From the IMG/VR virus record IMGVR_UViG_2595698411_000001, positions 1 through 37,240 of that record: a stretch of 37,240 nt of DNA. One strand, given 5' to 3'. A model generated the notes under the pieces. It was not told where the DNA came from, made no database searches, and was given only the letters and a program-made list of their open reading frames with translations. Numbering within the stretch: the first letter of the stretch is position 1; each line of letters begins with the position of its first letter. A program made the position numbers and the translations under genes. The DNA is from a virus. Its lineage: Duplodnaviria; Heunggongvirae; Uroviricota; Caudoviricetes; Schitoviridae. Shown in pieces: positions 34,248 through 37,240 of the stretch.

Positions 34248-34464
34248 GTTATATTTTTCCTCTGCTGTATAACAATCTATGCACCAAGTATAACAATCTA
34301 TTAGCCGTGTATGCAATCTCGCGACAAAAAAGTATAACCGTTATACCCGAAACCATCCTCACTAGTTCTCAGAAAAATATACAAGTTATACTTTTTCACG
34401 GATTTCAGAACTAGGTATAACCTCCATACATAATGTATATGGAAGTTATACTTTTTTCCTCTGC
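34248..34464. repeat. Cluster of seven exact GTATAAC/GTTATAC heptamers, often flanked by A/T tracts
   Basis: Forward at 34267, 34288, 34332, 34415. Reverse at 34340, 34385, 34445. A one-mismatch copy at 34248. Confidence 0.9.
34287..34316 (-). promoter_or_regulatory. Leftward sigma70-like promoter for the RHH-ParB operon
   Basis: Minus strand TTGCAT-N18-TATACT with extended TG. The -10 lies inside a heptamer copy. Confidence 0.65.
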
Positions 34465-34465
34465 A

Positions 34466-34593
34466 GGCCGCATTCCACCGTTCAAACCGGCCCATGTGGG
34501 AAATTTTAAAATTTTGTAAGAGGGCATTACTCCTCTCGCAGCGACTTCTGGCAAAAGGTACCCCCCCTTACTTCGTAACGTGGGTCCTTTTTT
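34466..34593. other. Palindrome-dense segment at the strand switch; probable genome terminus/terminal-repeat region
   Basis: GGCCG/CGGCC, CCCATGTGGG, AAATTTTAAAATTT, GGTACC+C-run, and a 39-bp imperfect inverted repeat (34553-34591). Sits where late (-) and early (+) genes diverge, as in a circularised N4-type assembly. Confidence 0.5.
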
Positions 34594-34631
34594 CGGCTCT
34601 TAAGCATTGACATTAACAATAGGAGAAATTT

Positions 34632-34853
34632 ATGTCTAAGAAAGTCATCAAAGCTATTGCAAAAACTTACAAAAGCCTACCCACTACGTGTCCAGACCGT
34701 ATCAAAGCGTATGGTATCGTGTATAACAATACCGAAGTAGGAGGTGTCCTACTTAACCAGCATCCTGCAGGTAAACGTGTCGCGGGCATGGTCCTCGACA
34801 AGTTAGGGTATGACCCATTAGTAAATGAGGCAGCTTCGTCGAAGGAAGTCTAG
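34632..34853 (+). CDS. First early gene, basic hypothetical protein
   Basis: 73 aa, strong RBS AGGAG. Confidence 0.8.
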   Translation: MSKKVIKAIAKTYKSLPTTCPDRIKAYGIVYNNTEVGGVLLNQHPAGKRVAGMVLDKLGYDPLVNEAASSKEV

Positions 34854-34875
34854 ACGACTTCTAAGTAAACTTAAC

Positions 34876-34907
34876 ATTAAGGCAACCTTCGGGTTGTCTT
34901 AATTTTT
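34876..34907 (+). terminator. Intrinsic terminator with a UUCG loop
   Basis: ATTAAGGCAACC-TTCG-GGTTGTCTTAAT-TTTT. Confidence 0.9.
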
Positions 34908-35046
34908 GTCTCACACTCACACCGATAGGAAAGGATAACAACTCTTAGGGCTCTTACATTTTGAATAACGGTGACTAACCTAAGAATTAACGGGTAGCGC
35001 TCTCATATTATGGTTAACGTAACTATCAACAAACTAGAGGTGTAAC

Positions 35047-35280
35047 ATGGATTTAGCAATTATCATCATTATCGTAGTAGCAATCGCAGCATACTATGGC
35101 TTTATGCAGTCAGCGGAAGTTGTGGCTAAGATCGCAACTCGTGAAGTAAACCATCTTGACCGTCAACATAAAGTAAGTGTAGTAGAACGCACTGCCAAAC
35201 TTGACGAGTCAGTAACAGATGAACAAGTAGAGAAAGTAGCAGCGTTACAGGCAAAATTGACGCACTTAACATATAACTGA
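35047..35280 (+). CDS. Early membrane-anchored protein
   Basis: 77 aa, RBS GAGGTG. N-terminal TM helix LAIIIIIVVAIAAYYGF, then a charged helical tail. Confidence 0.8.
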   Translation: MDLAIIIIIVVAIAAYYGFMQSAEVVAKIATREVNHLDRQHKVSVVERTAKLDESVTDEQVEKVAALQAKLTHLTYN

Positions 35281-35281
35281 C

Positions 35282-35309
35282 TAGGGTCTGGGCATAAGCT
35301 CAGGCTCTA
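35282..35309 (+). terminator. 12-bp RNA hairpin (terminator or processing site)
   Basis: TAGGGTCTGGGC-ATAA-GCTCAGGCTCTA pairs fully only with three G-U pairs, so it is + strand RNA-specific. The U-tract is weak. Confidence 0.55.
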
Positions 35310-35344
35310 AGTTTGACGTACGATAGGGCCGGAAAATATCAGCC

Positions 35345-35580
35345 TTGTAACGTAACTTATTGATTTGTAACAGGATAGAAAGGGGTTGGTCAAATTGACT
35401 AACATGTGGTGAGATTGACTAAAAAGTGGTTTATTCAAAAACCTTGCCAATTTAGCATCAACCTCTATCACCACTCTATCAAGTACACCAAAGTACACCA
35501 GTATCGGGGTTTACCCAACTTTCTAAGTACACATAAAATCAGGCTTTTACCATAAATAACCAAGTACATTGCCTGTACAC
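35345..35580. repeat. Non-coding tract of successive direct-repeat pairs at 10-20 bp spacing
   Basis: TTGTAAC x2 (35345, 35365). ATTGACTAAnnnGTGGT x2 (35394, 35414). CTCTATCA x2 (35463, 35474). AAGTACACCA x2 (35481, 35491). Further AAGTACA at 35525 and 35562. Confidence 0.75.
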
Positions 35581-35617
35581 TTAACTCGACCTTCAAACAC
35601 ATAAAGAGAGATCAACC

Positions 35618-35836
35618 ATGAATCTAGTAGAAACCATCGTACCTGTAATAAAAGTAGCCGAGTTTCATGCAATTACTGGCTACCAGATAGAAACCATCTC
35701 AGCCATGTTTGACGAATACGTAACTGAACTAGACGCACCGATTCGACATGATAGCGGTGACATTGATGCTGAAATGGTAACCGAACTGTTTGACCAAATG
35801 TTAACTACTTATCGAGAGGCTCAGCCATGCTCTTAG
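35618..35836 (+). CDS. Small acidic early protein
   Basis: 72 aa, 14 D/E versus 3 K/R, RBS AGAG/GAGA. Confidence 0.8.
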   Translation: MNLVETIVPVIKVAEFHAITGYQIETISAMFDEYVTELDAPIRHDSGDIDAEMVTELFDQMLTTYREAQPCS

Positions 35837-35859
35837 CACCTCATCCTGACACGTTCTGA
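35827..35859 (+). CDS. Possible 10-aa bridging minigene (MLLAPHPDTF)
   Basis: GAGG upstream of ATG at 35827. TGA ends 2 nt before the next ATG, which has no clear SD of its own. Confidence 0.3.
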   Translation: MLLAPHPDTF

Positions 35860-35861
35860 CT

Positions 35862-36116
35862 ATGGCAAGAAAGGTATATGAAGCTAGTGATCTCAGCTTC
35901 CTTAACGTGTCCTTTTCTACTTATGCAGAGAAGATGGACAGTCCTACTCATATCATTGTATGGGAACATGACGATGAAGCAGGAACTGTTAGTGAATATG
36001 AACGAGTTACTATTGCTCAACTAGTAGCTTCTTATATCGGGTTAAGTCTTGAGCTTGACCTTGATGCAAACGATGCCGTAACTCGCGGCCACCGACTTGG
36101 TAACACTGGAAGATAA
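35862..36116 (+). CDS. Small acidic early hypothetical protein
   Basis: 84 aa, 14 D/E, tightly packed. Confidence 0.75.
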   Translation: MARKVYEASDLSFLNVSFSTYAEKMDSPTHIIVWEHDDEAGTVSEYERVTIAQLVASYIGLSLELDLDANDAVTRGHRLGNTGR

Positions 36117-36118
36117 AC

Positions 36119-36385
36119 ATGAAAATACTATTAGATTTGCCGAAACTATCCAACAGCCAACTTGACATTACCTTTAAAGATAACGGAAAGGTTGTGGAAG
36201 TAAGACGAAACGCAGTAGGGACTGTACGACTTTCAGTTCTTAGCGAGTCTACAGCTAAAGACCTAGTCCTTTGTCAGCCTTATGATGTTATGGACTCTGC
36301 AGCTGCAACATTAGTCTTGGCGCCTTATCTGTACAAGGGTATCGAGTTCTTTGGAATGACAGGAATAATAGAAGGAGTAGGCTAG
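36119..36385 (+). CDS. Early hypothetical protein
   Basis: 88 aa, starts 2 nt after the previous stop. Confidence 0.75.
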   Translation: MKILLDLPKLSNSQLDITFKDNGKVVEVRRNAVGTVRLSVLSESTAKDLVLCQPYDVMDSAAATLVLAPYLYKGIEFFGMTGIIEGVG

Positions 36386-36714
36386 TGGACAAACTCAAAC
36401 TTCAACTAGGGTCAACCGTGCTGTACAAAGGGCAGCATTGGTTGGCTGTAGCGTATAACGGTAACAACGGGCTGTATATAATGCAGCCTGAACGCAGCAA
36501 CAAAAAACGTATGATATTGCCTAAATCTGTTGAGGCTGTCATTAACGTACCACCAGCAAAACTAGTGACATTAGAGACTGTTGATAATCCTCAAGGGATA
36601 TCTTCTTATCTAGTCACTAACGACGGTGCAGTGATTAGTAAAAGAACTTTACGGGTAATGAAATCTGGACATATCCGTGAGTTAGCCCTTACCCAAGCTT
36701 TAAGACAGCAATAA
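36385..36714 (+). CDS. Early hypothetical protein
   Basis: 109 aa, GTG start overlapping the previous TAG, RBS AAGGAG. Confidence 0.75.
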   Translation: MDKLKLQLGSTVLYKGQHWLAVAYNGNNGLYIMQPERSNKKRMILPKSVEAVINVPPAKLVTLETVDNPQGISSYLVTNDGAVISKRTLRVMKSGHIRELALTQALRQQ

Positions 36715-36743
36715 CCATTACTTCAACAAACAGGAAAAGTACA

Positions 36744-37240
36744 ATGAGACTAACTAACGCTATCAAAGAACAGCTAATTCGTGACGTAATCGAAGACCAA
36801 TTCCGTGACGAGTTTACAGCTCTGGACAACGAGTTTAAGGAGACCTTTAAGCAGGAAGTCGTAGATACTTACGGCGACTTGTACGTTGAAATGCAGCGTC
36901 TGGCAAAAGCTTACAAGATACCTGAAGGTATATTCTGTAATGCAAACCTTAGTGTGAGAATAACGCATCTAGGGTCGCTAGTGCAAAATGACGCAATAAG
37001 ACGTCATCCTTTCGTTAAAGAAAGCAAATACTCCAGCACTAACTTGGTCTGTGCGTTTAAGCGTGAAATCCATCCTGGCATATTTGTGCCTCCAACAAAC
37101 GAGTGGGGAGAGCGCGCACTCGAAGTAAGCAACTACCCGAAAACTCAGAAAGTGCTGCAAAAACAGAAAGAGTGGGTAAGCAAAACAAGCGGTATCGTTG
37201 ATGACCTATGCGATGTCCTTAAGGCAGCAACTACTGACAA
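36744..37240 (+). CDS. Partial ORF (runs off the right edge), Nmad5-like protein
   Basis: Not in the ORF track. ATG after AGGA, open to the window end: MRLTNAIKEQLIRDVIE...IVDDLCDVLKAATTD. The N-terminus (MRLTN.I...I) and the L.A.TT segment match recalled Nmad5 motifs. Confidence 0.6.
   Translation, partial: MRLTNAIKEQLIRDVIEDQFRDEFTALDNEFKETFKQEVVDTYGDLYVEMQRLAKAYKIPEGIFCNANLSVRITHLGSLVQNDAIRRHPFVKESKYSSTNLVCAFKREIHPGIFVPPTNEWGERALEVSNYPKTQKVLQKQKEWVSKTSGIVDDLCDVLKAATTD

Noticed and set aside
33152-34464. Canonical ParABS partition cassette implying a plasmid prophage
   Set aside because: No ParA/Walker ATPase, integrase or repressor is in the window, and the repeats are not parS-like 16-bp palindromes. 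It cannot be excluded for the rest of the genome.
34301-34495. 64-aa minus-strand ORF, and the 23-codon N-terminal extension of the RHH ORF
   Set aside because: Both run through the heptamer array and promoter. The repeated IDCYT is a by-product of the 21-bp DNA repeat, and the good RBS is at 34247.
34607-34636. Perfect TTGACA as promoter of the first early gene
   Set aside because: It is only 19 nt upstream of the ATG, so its -10 would fall on the start codon, and no good -10 is present.
34965-34999. Resemblance to the 23S rRNA I-CeuI site (ATAACGGT...CCTAAG...GGTAGCG)
   Set aside because: The match is broken by two insertions and has no flanking rRNA similarity; most likely chance in a TAAC-rich tract.
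35463-35481. CTCTATCA repeats resembling tetO half-sites
   Set aside because: They are direct, not inverted, repeats, so no TetR palindrome forms.
35307-35498. 63-aa minus-strand ORF and a 48-codon GTG ORF (+, from 35409) in the repeat gap
   Set aside because: Neither has a usable RBS, the composition is atypical, and the minus ORF opposes the early operon.
34248-35617. CRISPR mini-array in the repeat-rich gaps
   Set aside because: Repeats are 7-17 bp with 10-30 bp periods. There are no 23-47 bp repeats with unique spacers and no cas genes.
1-37240. tRNA/rRNA genes and stop-codon reassignment
   Set aside because: No cloverleaf was seen in any intergenic gap. Genes are long and tightly packed under the standard code, and the MCP break is a frameshift, not an in-frame stop.

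Overview
This window is the virion-morphogenesis and packaging arm of a tailed dsDNA phage with an N4-like (Schitoviridae-type) structural module. It is followed by the probable genome-end junction and the first small early genes. From 1 to about 34,250 nearly all genes lie on the minus strand. In transcription order they are: an RHH-like regulator, a ParB-domain protein, small genes including a GIY-YIG/T5orf172 protein, a gp69-like (TerS candidate) gene, TerL, a gp67-like adaptor, two large tail fibres plus a gp38-type tip adhesin, a holin-like protein, the portal, gp58/gp57-like proteins, the major capsid protein (split by a -1 frameshift), a gp55-like protein, an inserted 2,201-aa multi-lectin fibre, two gp54-like proteins, and gp53/gp52/gp51-position proteins. 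One small gene (19259..19513) runs antisense inside this block with its own promoter and terminator. After a repeat- and palindrome-dense control region (34,250-34,630) the strand flips to small early genes, ending in a partial Nmad5-like ORF. No tRNA, rRNA, CRISPR array, integrase, transposase or reverse transcriptase was seen. The strongest candidate for an undescribed system is the RHH + ParB/CTPase-domain gene pair, which lies directly downstream of seven GTATAAC heptamers at the early/late switch, with no ParA in view. All family assignments come from recalled motif similarity and gene order, not from database searches.
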